In this document: in pieces, positions 8,249 through 18,815 of the stretch | How positions within the stretch are numbered: the first letter of the stretch is position 1 | Layout: every line of letters starts with the position of its first letter | Assembly: GCA_965223295.1 (NCBI GenBank) | Contig: CBDCWC010000002.1 | Location: forward strand, 1,248,001 to 1,312,000 | DNA: 64,000 bases | Source: Nitrospirales bacterium | GTDB taxonomy: Bacteria; Nitrospirota; Nitrospiria; Nitrospirales; UBA8639 | Reading direction: 5' to 3' | Translations under genes and position numbers: made by a program | The notes under the pieces: generated by a model | What the model saw: the letters and a program-made list of their open reading frames with translations, nothing else | What the model was told of the DNA's origin: nothing | Databases searched by the model: none

Positions 8249-9802
8249 CGTTTCTCCTGTTCCAAGAGAGACAAGAATTGGGGTTAAATTGAGATGCTGC
8301 TGAACATGATCAGCCCAACAATCAATGGCATTTGCCCATCTGTCTGACACAGCTTGAGATATTCCCATGTGAAGTGGTTGCAGGCTTTTTCTAACACGAA
8401 CACGATTCAGCCATTGACGACGAAATCTTGGCTGATCAAACACCCCATGAATATAGGTTCCCCACACCAAGCTATTGGCATCTATGGCTCCATCAAATTT
8501 TTTTGGCTTTTTGACGTCTGAACGAGAAGGTTGCGTCGCAAGAGAACCTTTTCCATGTGAAAGGACTTCAAAGGACGGCGACACTCCCGCCCCTCTTTTG
8601 GTTTCACCCATATGAATTTCATAACCTTCAACCAAACTTTCATCAGCCCAAGATTCAGAATGCGGGCGAGCACAAACTTGTCGGGTCTTCTTGAGTGGAA
8701 GAAGTTCCGTCTCCACATCAAGGAAACCAAGTCCCTTTGACGAACTTCCAGTTTCTACATGATGTGGATCTGTGATGGACTTTCCCAACATTTGAAATCC
8801 TCCACAGACCCCGACCATCTCACCACCACCACCTACATGTGCTAAGAACACCTCTTCAAATCCCAGCTCCCGGATATACTGTAAATCCGCTATCGTCGTT
8901 TTACTTCCTGGGAGAATGATGATATCCGCTCCCTGAAGTTCGTGCGGTGACGCGACATAACGAAACGCTACATCTGGCTCCGCGATAAGTTGATTGAAAT
9001 CTGTGAAATTACTCATATGTGGAAGCAATACCACTGCCACATTCACCATCTCTGTTCCAAAAGATGTTCGACGTAATTGTTCAACCCCCACACTATCTTC
9101 TTGATCCAATTCTAGGTTTTGCACATACGGGAGAACTCCTAACACAGGCACACCTGTACGTTCTTCTATGATCTTGATGCCATCATCAAATAACGTCAAA
9201 TCACCCCGAAACTTATTAATCACCACCCCGATCACTCGTCTCCGTTCTTCTGGAGACAACAGATCCATCGTTCCGATCACTTGGGCAAACACGCCACCCT
9301 GATCAATATCTGCCACCAGGGTGACTGAGGCATCTGCCATTTCGACGACTGGCCAATTGACGATGTCACGATCGCGAAGATTCATCTCTGCTGCACTCCC
9401 CGCTCCCTCGATCACAAGCACATCATACATCTCAGCCAATTGGCCATAGCTGGATCGCACCACCTCCCAAAGAACAGCTTTCTGATTGAAGTATGCCCGA
9501 GCCTCTTTCCGCTCCCAGACTTTACCCTGCACAATGACCTGCGACTGATTATCTGCCTCCGGCTTTAACAAGATGGGATTCATCAACACCGAAGGAGTAA
9601 GTCCACAGGCCTGCGCTTGTAATACTTGTGCTCGACCCATTTCCCCTCCTTCGGGCGTCACAAAAGAATTCAACGACATATTTTGAGCTTTGAACGGGGC
9701 CACCTTTACTCCATACCGATGCAGCAATCGACATAGCCCCGTAGTCACCAAGCTCTTCCCCACATCAGAACCCGTCCCTAATATCGCGATCGCCCTGCTC
9801 AT
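8231..9802 (-). CDS. cobQ: Cobyric acid synthase
   Basis: GTGSDVGKS, PFKAQNMSLN, EGAGSAAE, GATase GVCGGFQMLG and GTYIHG motifs. Confidence 0.95.
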   Translation of the reverse strand: MSRAIAILGTGSDVGKSLVTTGLCRLLHRYGVKVAPFKAQNMSLNSFVTPEGGEMGRAQVLQAQACGLTPSVLMNPILLKPEADNQSQVIVQGKVWERKEARAYFNQKAVLWEVVRSSYGQLAEMYDVLVIEGAGSAAEMNLRDRDIVNWPVVEMADASVTLVADIDQGGVFAQVIGTMDLLSPEERRRVIGVVINKFRGDLTLFDDGIKIIEERTGVPVLGVLPYVQNLELDQEDSVGVEQLRRTSFGTEMVNVAVVLLPHMSNFTDFNQLIAEPDVAFRYVASPHELQGADIIILPGSKTTIADLQYIRELGFEEVFLAHVGGGGEMVGVCGGFQMLGKSITDPHHVETGSSSKGLGFLDVETELLPLKKTRQVCARPHSESWADESLVEGYEIHMGETKRGAGVSPSFEVLSHGKGSLATQPSRSDVKKPKKFDGAIDANSLVWGTYIHGVFDQPRFRRQWLNRVRVRKSLQPLHMGISQAVSDRWANAIDCWADHVQQHLNLTPILVSLGTGETQTRGL

Positions 9803-9885
9803 ATTTTTTCATCCCTCACGAGAGACTCAGACAAGTATTTATCTCTTTTCAGCATACGGCCTAGCAAAGGAAAGACTCCCGACTT

Positions 9886-10328
9886 TTACAGTCGGTCTTC
9901 GTTATCGTTGTGTTTGATAAGATCGAGCCAAGTGATGATAGGTAGACGATCATCTACCAACAGGCCACATTTCTCTACCAATGCTGACTTGTTTTGATCA
10001 AAAGTTTGCTGAGTCAGGAAGCTTTGGGGTCAAAGGTGAGCACCATATTGTTCCATTCAGCTTTGTCTTCATCTATCAGATTCTTGCCATTGTCCATCAC
10101 CCATTAAGCAATGACCTCATCACTTTCTCCGTCTAAAACCCGCTTATCCTAATCGGCCCTTTGCAGTTCTAGCTTGTCGAGTAAATATCGATCAAAACCA
10201 GTCATCGGGTAATGATAATTTTGGATCTGCCCCGGCATTGTACATGCAAATTTATCGATGAGCCTAACCAAATAACAAAGCCCATTCATTTCATATTTGG
10301 GATTGCGTGGATACTGAGTAGTCAGCAT
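9886..10328 (-). pseudogene. DUF5069-like pseudogene
   Basis: SD AGGAGGGAG then MLTTQYPRNPKYEMNGLCYLVRLIDK...GQIQNYHYPMTGFDRYLLDKLELQRAD*DKRVLDGESDEVIA*WVMDNGK...EWNNMVL...WLDLI...EDRL*. In-frame stops and a frameshift. Confidence 0.72.
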
Positions 10329-10450
10329 ACTCCCTCCTGAATCTCTTTGCTATACAATTGCTAAAGACAAACTCCACGTTCAATCGAAAGTACATCTGTT
10401 CTATCTTATCGCTAGCCCGAACCCAAATAGGAATCTCCAGACTTTCTTGA

Positions 10451-12667
10451 CTACACCAACAAGAGCCCAACGGCCCTGGCTTTTTGAGCTGATGAAGAAC
10501 GCCACCATTTATCAAAACCTTTCGGCCCGTCGAACGGAAAACCGGCGCGAATTTCCTTGAACATGGGATAGCGATGGCCGCCAGGCTGATCGTGCGGCGT
10601 GGCTCGTTCGATCAGGTTCAGGAACCACGCGGCTTGTCCACGCTTGAGCTTTACTTCTTCATCCATCGTTCGATTTGGCAAGACAATATGATAGTAGGTC
10701 CCAGTCCCTCGCTCGATATCTGGTCGTCCACCAATCCATACCAGCTTACGCTCCATACGAGAACGGTCCTCTTCTGATCGAGTCTCCAATACTTTCCTGG
10801 CCCATGTTCGCGGCACTTTGGGCTTTGGCGTTCGTTCGGAAAACCATTCCCGCAGGTCCCGATTAAGTTCCAAGCCTTCCTGATAATGCCAGAGGGCCCT
10901 CCGCAAACCCTCGCCAACCCACAAGGGCATAGAAGCCTGGCTGTCCTCATGCACAAGGTTATTTTCCGCGAACCCTTCGAAGACAGGCCCAAGGATCTGA
11001 AGACCTGAAGCCTCAGGATTCAACCCAACAGGGCTGTGCGCCGTTGTCGTAAACCGATGCCAAAAGGCCGACTGAATGAGATCAAGTGAAAATAACTGTC
11101 GAATCCGCTCAAGACTCTCAACCGTTTCACGAATCGTTTCACTGGGCAACCCATACATCAGATAGGCATGCACAAGAATCCCCGCCTCGCGGCAAGCCTT
11201 CACAACTTGGACCGTTTGATTGACCGTAATACCTTTCTTGACCATCGCTAAGAGGCGATCACAAGCTGTTTCTAACCCTGCGCTCAGCGCAATGCATCCT
11301 GAGGCCGCCAACAAACGGCATAAATCCGGCGTAAAGGCAGGCTCGAACCGAACATTCCCCCACCAAGAAATCGTCACACGTCGTTCTAACAAAGAGAGAG
11401 CCAATTGTTTCAAACCTACCGGGGGCGCAGCCTCATCCACGAAATGAAACCCTCGTTTCCCTGTTTCTGAGATTAACGACTCGATACGATCAACCAACAT
11501 ATTCGCAGGTGAACCTTCATACCGACTGATGTAATCTAGCCCCACATCACAGAAAGTGCATTGTTTCCAATAACAGCCATGAGCCACAGTTAGCTTATTC
11601 CAATGTCCATCGGACCAGAGACGGTGCATGGGATTTAATGTATCCAACACCGAGATATATTGCTGAAGGTTCAGACCATCGTAGGTCGGCGTTCCGATTT
11701 CCGCTTGAGACACATCCGCTTCTTTCGCCTTGTTGCGCCACACCACCACTTGACCTGATCTAAGGAAGGTCCGGCAGAGATCGGTCTCCTTTCTTATTCC
11801 TTGCAAATATTCCAACACACACAGAAAAGGCCGCTCGCCATCATCTAACGTGACAAAATCTACCGCTTCAAAGAGACGTGGGTCTTCCACTCGTCGCAAT
11901 TCCGTATTGACATACCCTCCCCCTAGCACAACTTTGATGCCTGGTTTTCGAAGCCGTAACTGCTGTCCCATTCGAAGTGCACCGTAGAGATTGCCTGGAA
12001 AGGGCACGGTGAGACCGACAACAGATGGTTGATACTGATTAATATGACGCCACATGGCTGCGAGCATCCACTCATCAGTCAGACTAGGTGGCTGAACCAA
12101 AGCCTCCGCGAGGCCATCATACGATGTCGCTTGAATAGCGATGGATTCAGCATAACGACTAAGGGCAAAATGTGGAGTGATTGTCGCTTGTACAAGATCA
12201 GCCAAATCCTCTAGATACAACGTAGCCAAGTGTTTCGCCTGATCGGTTTGACTATGCTGAAAACTCATCGATTCCTGGTGACTTGAACCGTTCATGGAAA
12301 ATCGTGGACCCTGAGGAAGAAAGTTAGGCTGACAAATGCGCGAAGCCAACGTCGGATCCTGCCCCTGTAAAAATCGAATCACCGGCTCAATTGTTTCCAC
12401 ATACGCGTACTCTAAACTCAACATTTGGCGAGCTTCTCCCGGCAAATCATTGACAGGCTTCTCTCGAAGGGCATCAAAAACCTGGCTCAACCCTGCTTCT
12501 GAATACAGAGCCAACACCATTTCAATGCCCACGTCAGCCTGCTGAACACGATACCCACGTGACCGCAAAAAACCAGTCAAATATGCAGTCGAGGGATAGG
12601 GTGTGTTGAGTTGCGTCAAAGGCGGGATAATAAGCAGAACCGAGGGGTCAGACATAGCAGACAACAC
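10451..12667 (-). CDS. B12-binding-domain radical SAM protein
   Basis: CYWKQCTFC (CxxxCxxC); N-terminal PPLTQLNTPYP; B12-domain-like VVLGGGY; FHFVDEAAPP. Confidence 0.85.
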   Translation of the reverse strand: MLSAMSDPSVLLIIPPLTQLNTPYPSTAYLTGFLRSRGYRVQQADVGIEMVLALYSEAGLSQVFDALREKPVNDLPGEARQMLSLEYAYVETIEPVIRFLQGQDPTLASRICQPNFLPQGPRFSMNGSSHQESMSFQHSQTDQAKHLATLYLEDLADLVQATITPHFALSRYAESIAIQATSYDGLAEALVQPPSLTDEWMLAAMWRHINQYQPSVVGLTVPFPGNLYGALRMGQQLRLRKPGIKVVLGGGYVNTELRRVEDPRLFEAVDFVTLDDGERPFLCVLEYLQGIRKETDLCRTFLRSGQVVVWRNKAKEADVSQAEIGTPTYDGLNLQQYISVLDTLNPMHRLWSDGHWNKLTVAHGCYWKQCTFCDVGLDYISRYEGSPANMLVDRIESLISETGKRGFHFVDEAAPPVGLKQLALSLLERRVTISWWGNVRFEPAFTPDLCRLLAASGCIALSAGLETACDRLLAMVKKGITVNQTVQVVKACREAGILVHAYLMYGLPSETIRETVESLERIRQLFSLDLIQSAFWHRFTTTAHSPVGLNPEASGLQILGPVFEGFAENNLVHEDSQASMPLWVGEGLRRALWHYQEGLELNRDLREWFSERTPKPKVPRTWARKVLETRSEEDRSRMERKLVWIGGRPDIERGTGTYYHIVLPNRTMDEEVKLKRGQAAWFLNLIERATPHDQPGGHRYPMFKEIRAGFPFDGPKGFDKWWRSSSAQKARAVGLLLV

Positions 12668-13147
12668 CTACCATATCAAACTTCATTCAAGCTAGCCAGA
12701 TAGGCGTGGGAATTACTCTTATTAATTGTCTATTGAGTACTTCCATGCCAAGACACATTTCTTAAACAAGTGCTTAAAACTGGCTGCTAGTTTGAGCCAA
12801 CAGAAATAGAACAACATAGCGCAATTATTCGTTAGCCTCAGAAAAACTATGAATTGATAGTCAATGGAACAAAACTACGCGACCAGAAGCAGACAGGATT
12901 GACCCATCAGATCCGACTCGCCCCGCCCTGTCGAAAAACTTTTCAGCTCTCTGTTTCTATACTATGGCTATTCTACTCGAACATTGTTGGATATGTTCCG
13001 TTGGCAGACAACCTTTCCCAAGGTCGTTACTCGTACCGACGATTAGAACACGATAGATGTCGATCTTCTTACCCCCAATAGGCCGGTTAACAAAATTTGC
13101 ATGGAGAATCAAGGCTTTAGGATTCTGGGTATGAGGTTCATTGTCGA

Positions 13148-13163
13148 TGGCAATAGTTTTGCT
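13148..13163 (+). promoter_or_regulatory. Putative sigma54 (-24/-12) promoter
   Basis: TGGCAATAGTTTTGCT = GG-N10-GC, about 85 nt upstream of ATG 13247. Confidence 0.6.
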
Positions 13164-13246
13164 TCACTTCAAACGCTCAACATGATCTAGTTGATCGAAA
13201 GATTGAGCCGGTTCAGCAGGCGTTCATCACACAGGAGGAGGAAGAA

Positions 13247-13564
13247 ATGACGTACGCAAATGCTCAGTACATTAATGTGGCTCGTGCCAGCGAAATGCAG
13301 CATCATGAATACACAATGGAACAGCTACAGGCTAAAATTACACAACTCACCAAAGCCGTGACTTGGGAATTAACACAACATCAGGCACGTCTGAAGGAAC
13401 TACAGCAAGTCGAAAATTCACTCAACGCACCAACTCCATCCAAACCATTGCGCACCCATCAGCCAACATTAGATCCTCTTCCTTCTTCAAAGAACCGATG
13501 GATACAGTCGAGAAAATATGTCCGTCGGGCGTTGCATAAGCCAGCTGCTCAGCTTGTGGCATAA
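13247..13564 (+). CDS. Small hypothetical coiled-coil protein
   Basis: Strong SD AGGAGGAGG; Q/E/L-rich heptad region; downstream hairpin. Confidence 0.7.
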   Translation: MTYANAQYINVARASEMQHHEYTMEQLQAKITQLTKAVTWELTQHQARLKELQQVENSLNAPTPSKPLRTHQPTLDPLPSSKNRWIQSRKYVRRALHKPAAQLVA

Positions 13565-13581
13565 CTGAATTGTTTTCGTTC

Positions 13582-13636
13582 GAGCCATCTGCACCCACCA
13601 AGACACACACACCTTGGTGGGTTCAGCATAGGGCTC
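13582..13636 (+). terminator. Long 3' hairpin
   Basis: Core stem ACCCACCAAG-ACACACACAC-CTTGGTGGGT with extended flanking pairing (GAGCC/GGCTC). Confidence 0.5.
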
Positions 13637-13784
13637 AATCACGTTCATTACTCATCAAAATGAGTCAGATCAAGTTTCGAAACAGACCTCGCAGAGAACA
13701 GATAGTCCAAAAAGCAGGCGTAGAAATCAAGCAGGCAGGCTGCAGATAGGGTGTGCAGACTATGTCGAAAAGGAAAGAAAGGGC

Positions 13785-14471
13785 TTATTCTTTTAAGGTG
13801 ATTTGGAGCTGTCCATCCTGAATCCTTAGATCCTCAACACCTTTTGCAAACTGATCCCAAAACCCTCCAGGACCACCGAACTCTTCCACTAAATTGATAT
13901 GCTTAATATCACCCCACCAGGCACTGGGTAATGGAACCCCACCTAAACTAATTCCTTGCATAGCCACGACTGGCTTGCCATTGGCATAACTGAGCTCTAC
14001 ACCAAAATTCAATTTCAATGTTTTGCCCCCAACCAACGGTACTTCGTCATTCACGGGTACAACAAGTTTGACACTGACAAGATCATCAGCCAGATCAACG
14101 GCCACATGTTTTGCCATCTCTGCATCCTTGGCAATAAGCGAATTTAGCTCTCGTTCGGTTAACTGAATTTCTCGTGAAGCCCCCTCTTCAGAATAAAGCT
14201 CAGGTTCAAGTGGATCACCTGAAGACGAAACAGAGGTTTTCGGTAGAGAAGAACGTGGCTGATCACTATGATGCAATTGAGCCATTTTTGACTCTAACGA
14301 TTGTTGCTCTATCTGAGTTAATCGTGTCGGTTCAAACGTCGCGGCATAGAGATACTGATTCACCCACCAGGAAGTGATCAAAGCCGTCCCTAAGACCGTC
14401 ATCCCTATCAGGAGTATCACTTGAGTGCCAGTAAATCGTCTCTGGTTTTTTGTAACTTGCTTTGGTTCCAT
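13785..14471 (-). CDS. Hypothetical membrane-anchored protein
   Basis: Single N-terminal TM; EIQLTERELNSLI and LGGVPLPSAW motifs; SD AAAGGGGAG before ATG 14471. Confidence 0.75.
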   Translation of the reverse strand: MEPKQVTKNQRRFTGTQVILLIGMTVLGTALITSWWVNQYLYAATFEPTRLTQIEQQSLESKMAQLHHSDQPRSSLPKTSVSSSGDPLEPELYSEEGASREIQLTERELNSLIAKDAEMAKHVAVDLADDLVSVKLVVPVNDEVPLVGGKTLKLNFGVELSYANGKPVVAMQGISLGGVPLPSAWWGDIKHINLVEEFGGPGGFWDQFAKGVEDLRIQDGQLQITLKE

Positions 14472-14764
14472 GTCTATATACTCCCCTTTCGTGTAAAAAA
14501 TCCCAATAACCCTGTGAGGGAAGAACGTCAATGAGGGGATAAGAAGTTTGTTGAAAAGGACAACTCACTTCTAGGCATTTTTTTCTCTCTTTATCCAACC
14601 ATGTTTTCCATCGTTTCATCAAGTTGATGCCTGTTCCTTTTCTATGACTCATTTTCAAGAGATAAAACGCGTGAGCAGACTTTACTAATCGCAACAGACC
14701 AGATATGGTTGAGAAAATTATTTACCCCCCCCTCGTCACCAAAGCACATTCTAGGAGGTTTTCT

Positions 14765-15202
14765 ATGGGATTATTTGATTTTGTTCGAACCATTGGCGAA
14801 AAGATTTTTGGCGGAAGCGATGACCCTGCGACAAAGATTCGCGAACACCTTGAATCTCGAGCCTTGGGTATCACGGACCTAAAAGTTGATTATCAGAAAG
14901 ACGACGGAAAGGTCTTTTTATATGGCCAGGCCCCGAGTCCCGAGGCCAAAGAAAAAGCCGTGTTATTAGCAGGCAACGTGAAAGGCGTCGCCGAAGTTTT
15001 TGCCGAAAAACTGACGGCTCCCGAGCAAAAGGCCAAAGTCGAATACTATACAATCCAATCAGGGGATACCCTATCAAAAATTGCGAAACAATATTTGGGT
15101 GATGCGATGGCCTATCCAAAAATTTTTGAAGCCAACCGTGAAGTCATTCAAGATCCCAACAAAATTTACCCAGGGCAAAAAATTCGTATTCCCCTGGGCT
15201 AA
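14765..15202 (+). CDS. ygaU: BON-LysM protein (YgaU/Kbp family)
   Basis: MGLFDFV...GEKIF N-terminus, AGNVKGV, LysM YTIQSGDTLSKIAK...IYPGQKIRIP; SD AGGAGG. Confidence 0.9.
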   Translation: MGLFDFVRTIGEKIFGGSDDPATKIREHLESRALGITDLKVDYQKDDGKVFLYGQAPSPEAKEKAVLLAGNVKGVAEVFAEKLTAPEQKAKVEYYTIQSGDTLSKIAKQYLGDAMAYPKIFEANREVIQDPNKIYPGQKIRIPLG

Positions 15203-15236
15203 CCTCTTCAACAGTCTGATACAGTCTTTCAGACAG

Positions 15237-15273
15237 CGAAGGCTTTTCGGAAACCTTTTCCGAAAAGCCTTCG
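15237..15273. terminator. Perfect hairpin downstream of ygaU
   Basis: CGAAGGCTTTTCGGAAA-CCT-TTTCCGAAAAGCCTTCG. Confidence 0.65.
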
Positions 15274-15496
15274 TGTCATTGAGCTTTTTCCTATTCCAAA
15301 CCAATACATACGTTTTAGCCATCGCAGATTAGTTCAGACTGGGCTGCAGCATCAGAAAACATAATGGCAGCAAATACGTATATTTACGTATGAAACTCCA
15401 ATCTTCATTGAATTAAGCTTTAAACCCCTCTTATTCTTCTGCTCAACGCAGAAATTTCGTTTTTATACTTTTACCCAGATGAAAGGAGTGCTTCTC

Positions 15497-16051
15497 ATGA
15501 ATCTGTTAGATACGATTCTCAATGCAGGCGGCGGTGCGGTTGTACAAAACATGTCAAAATCATTAGGTCTTGGGGAATCACAAACACAAAGTGCTTTAGG
15601 CCAACTTCTCCCCGCAGTAGCCAGAGCCATTGGGAAAAACGGTTCTTCCGGAGACGGGTTAAGCGCATTGATGGGAGCATTAGGTAAAGGTAACCATCAA
15701 CGGTACTTGAACGACCCAAGTGCGTTAAGCCACGAAGATTGTGCAAGAGAAGGCAATGGCATCTTGGGACATCTTTTTGGCAGTAAAGACGTGAGTCGCG
15801 GCATTGCTACTCGCGCCGCAGAAAAAACAGGGGTTGGCGCAGACATTTTAAAAAAAATGTTACCCATGGTGGCCTCAGTGGCTATGGGAGCCCTCAGCCA
15901 AAAGGCTGCCAGGTCAGGCATGCTGGGCGCACAGCAAGCCCAAGCACGACCATCAGGCTTAGGTGGGTTATCTTCATTTTTGGATTTTGATGGAGATGGT
16001 TCCATTGCTGATGATTTACTGGGGATTGCTGCCAAGAAATTTTTCAGTTGA
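15497..16051 (+). CDS. DUF937 family protein
   Basis: GNGILGHLFGSKDV and KKMLPMVA motifs; C-terminal DFDGDGSIADDL calcium-loop-like motif. Confidence 0.8.
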   Translation: MNLLDTILNAGGGAVVQNMSKSLGLGESQTQSALGQLLPAVARAIGKNGSSGDGLSALMGALGKGNHQRYLNDPSALSHEDCAREGNGILGHLFGSKDVSRGIATRAAEKTGVGADILKKMLPMVASVAMGALSQKAARSGMLGAQQAQARPSGLGGLSSFLDFDGDGSIADDLLGIAAKKFFS

Positions 16052-16113
16052 TGAGACTGCCCGAAATAGATTCACACGCATCACCTTGCAATAGAGAATA
16101 GAGGCATGAGTAC

Positions 16114-16992
16114 ATGCGATTAGGTTCATTTGGACAACGCAGAGGAACGGGCGGCCAACCACGCCGACGCATGAGTTGGAAAGTCCGACTCATTCCTATC
16201 GTTCTTTTTGCCATCTATGGCCTATACTATTACGTATCTAACCAAGAAACCGTTCCTATAACTGGCCGTTCACAGTTAGTGGATATGACCAGGGAACAAG
16301 AAATGTCTCTTGGGCTGCAGTCCTATCAAGAAATTCTTGGCAAGTCCCAGGTATTGCAACAAGGCGAAGTCGTCGATCTAGTCAAATCTATCGGCCGAAA
16401 ATTAGCCAACGCGGCTGTAAACGTTGACCCTGGGTTTAACTGGGAATTTAATGTGATCAAATCCGAACAGGCCAATGCCTTTGCCTTACCTGGGGGAAAA
16501 ACAGCAGTCTACACAGGGTTACTTCCAGTCGCTGAAAATGCCAACGGGCTGGCGGTGGTCATGGGTCATGAAATTGCCCATGCCATCGCCCGCCATGGCG
16601 CCGAGCGAATGGCGTATCAGAAACTCGTTCAAATTGGGTCGATGGCCGCCAGCGTCGCGTTGGGAGATATGGATTACCAAACTCAGCGGGCAGTCATGGG
16701 TGCTTTAGGGGTCGGCACTCAATATGGTGTTCTCCTACCCTTCTCTCGCGACCATGAATCGGAAGCTGACTATATGGGCCTTCTGTTTGTCGCCCGCGCC
16801 TGTTTCGATCCGACAGAAGCCCCAAAACTCTGGGAACGCATGGGACAAATGAGCCAAGGGAAGCAACCCTCTGAATTTATGTCCACTCATCCCAGTCATG
16901 AAACGCGCATCAAACAATTTGAGGAATGGATGCCTGAAGCTCTCGCCCTCCGCGATCAACATTGCAACTCTCGACCTTCGACTAGACCCTAA
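16114..16992 (+). CDS. M48-family zinc metallopeptidase
   Basis: NAFALPGG, HEIAH (HExxH), FSRDHESEAD, STHPS. Confidence 0.92.
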   Translation: MRLGSFGQRRGTGGQPRRRMSWKVRLIPIVLFAIYGLYYYVSNQETVPITGRSQLVDMTREQEMSLGLQSYQEILGKSQVLQQGEVVDLVKSIGRKLANAAVNVDPGFNWEFNVIKSEQANAFALPGGKTAVYTGLLPVAENANGLAVVMGHEIAHAIARHGAERMAYQKLVQIGSMAASVALGDMDYQTQRAVMGALGVGTQYGVLLPFSRDHESEADYMGLLFVARACFDPTEAPKLWERMGQMSQGKQPSEFMSTHPSHETRIKQFEEWMPEALALRDQHCNSRPSTRP

Positions 16993-17080
16993 TAGACAGC
17001 CTCGATATTTCCAATCTGTCAATTTTGGGAAAACCCACGATCCTCGTGCATTTCAAGGCCCTGCAAAAACAACCTCTAGC

Positions 17081-18442
17081 TTATTTCGTTTTCAAAGTTT
17101 TAGACGGAAGCACATCGACGAAAAGTTTAGCAGAATAAAGAATCTGGGTATGGGATCGCGACTTAGCTTCTTGTAGAAGCGTTTCAATATCGGGGTGAAG
17201 CATTCCCTCAAACGATTGCTGTCCATTCGTCTCTACAACAACTGGCTGCGAAAAATCCACGAGGTCTTGATTGAAGTAGAGCGTATAGTGCCGCACTCGA
17301 CTTGTACTCACGGAAAATCTGTTGGGCCCTATGTTTTCGGCCTGTAACAAGGCATATACTTTTCCCGTAATCAATTCATCTCGACGATCAACCAAGTTTT
17401 CTGAAAAGGCCGCAACTTGATCGGTCTCATTAATTTGCACCCAGTTCATTCGCTCAAGATGCGTCGCATCTCGGACAAGCGAAATACTTTTGGGCAACGG
17501 CACACGTCCTTGCTGATCAAACCATGTAATGAGGGACGGTAATTCCTGTCTGGGGAAGAAATGCCCGCCGGCATGAGGATGTGTCCAGGAATGCTCACGA
17601 TAAGTATGCACAATACCAAGACGGTTCATTTCCTTGACCAAAGCCCGACTCAATTGCACCGGCATGACTTGATCTGTCTCTCCATGAAGCACATATACAG
17701 GCGTATTCACTAAATTTTCAACAAAGGGGAACAGCACGTCATCAAGTCCACTAGCCATCGGGGCAATGCCAGCAAATCGATCAGCATGATGCATCCCGAT
17801 CATCCACGCACCGATCCCTCCATTCGACATACCGGTTAAAAAAATCCGATCTTGATCAATATGATACTCTTTGGAAAGATTTTCCAAAATAGCCAGCACC
17901 AGATCTTCACCAAAACGCGTCCACCACGCTCCCCTGCCCATAGTAGGACACGCCAGGATATATCGATCTTCCAGACGAGGCACCCAGCGTTCAAGATAAG
18001 ATTCTCCCGTAAAGCCTGCTCCATGCAAACACACAATCAATGGATACAATTGTGCAGGATCATAGGAAGGAGGGACATACAAGGCATAGGAAGCCTTCTT
18101 GTCTCTGACCGTGATCGAACGCCGCGGCTGCGCCCCCACGGGCGCTATTTCATAGCGCGGAACGCTGCGAATCGCTGCTTCAACTGCTTGAAAATTGCCA
18201 TCAGGATGTTTCAAAATCTCAGATAGCACTTGCTCCCTAGATTGATCGGATTGGGTTTCTATATACCTTTCAACTAAAGCATCAAGCGCCCTTTTACCTT
18301 CGGAACTGTTTGAATGATCAGAATTTTCTGCTCCCGACACGGGCCAAACCAGCCAAACACTTAAGCACCAAAGACTCACTAACATGACAATTCGGCCCAC
18401 AGGCTTCGGATGATGAATCCTCAAAACTCTATCCTTAGACAA
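17081..18442 (-). CDS. Secreted alpha/beta hydrolase (esterase/peptidase-like)
   Basis: LYVPPSYDP, LHGAG, nucleophile GMSNGG, HGETD, GHFF. Signal peptide suggests a later start. Confidence 0.8.
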   Translation of the reverse strand: MSKDRVLRIHHPKPVGRIVMLVSLWCLSVWLVWPVSGAENSDHSNSSEGKRALDALVERYIETQSDQSREQVLSEILKHPDGNFQAVEAAIRSVPRYEIAPVGAQPRRSITVRDKKASYALYVPPSYDPAQLYPLIVCLHGAGFTGESYLERWVPRLEDRYILACPTMGRGAWWTRFGEDLVLAILENLSKEYHIDQDRIFLTGMSNGGIGAWMIGMHHADRFAGIAPMASGLDDVLFPFVENLVNTPVYVLHGETDQVMPVQLSRALVKEMNRLGIVHTYREHSWTHPHAGGHFFPRQELPSLITWFDQQGRVPLPKSISLVRDATHLERMNWVQINETDQVAAFSENLVDRRDELITGKVYALLQAENIGPNRFSVSTSRVRHYTLYFNQDLVDFSQPVVVETNGQQSFEGMLHPDIETLLQEAKSRSHTQILYSAKLFVDVLPSKTLKTK

Positions 18443-18471
18443 GAATATTGGAAAACCCGAAGAACAGTAGA

Positions 18472-18804
18472 CTATGCGGGATCTTCATAGAAGATGTAGG
18501 AAGTGGAGTAGTCGCTAAACTCGAAATAGACTTTTTGCTCGCCGACATCCTTAACGCCATTGAGATTGGCATCCAAGACACCATAGCCAAACCGGTAGGG
18601 TCTTGGTTCGCTGTCACTTGTTCCCATCGCGGTCGACAACTTATCAATGCCCATAAACCGCTTCACCAGTTTCTCCCCGGCGTAAATTTCTAGGACGCCA
18701 TCCGTCCCTGTCCAGTTTTGTACGGCACGGCTCAGTTTGTTTTGAGATTCCTGAGTGCAGGCTGCCAAAAGCAAGTGGAGAATAAGAATGCATCGATATA
18801 ACAT
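18472..18804 (-). CDS. Hypothetical lipoprotein
   Basis: Lipobox LAAC; co-oriented, closely spaced with neighbours. Confidence 0.75.
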   Translation of the reverse strand: MLYRCILILHLLLAACTQESQNKLSRAVQNWTGTDGVLEIYAGEKLVKRFMGIDKLSTAMGTSDSEPRPYRFGYGVLDANLNGVKDVGEQKVYFEFSDYSTSYIFYEDPA

Positions 18805-18815
18805 TTCTTGATTAT

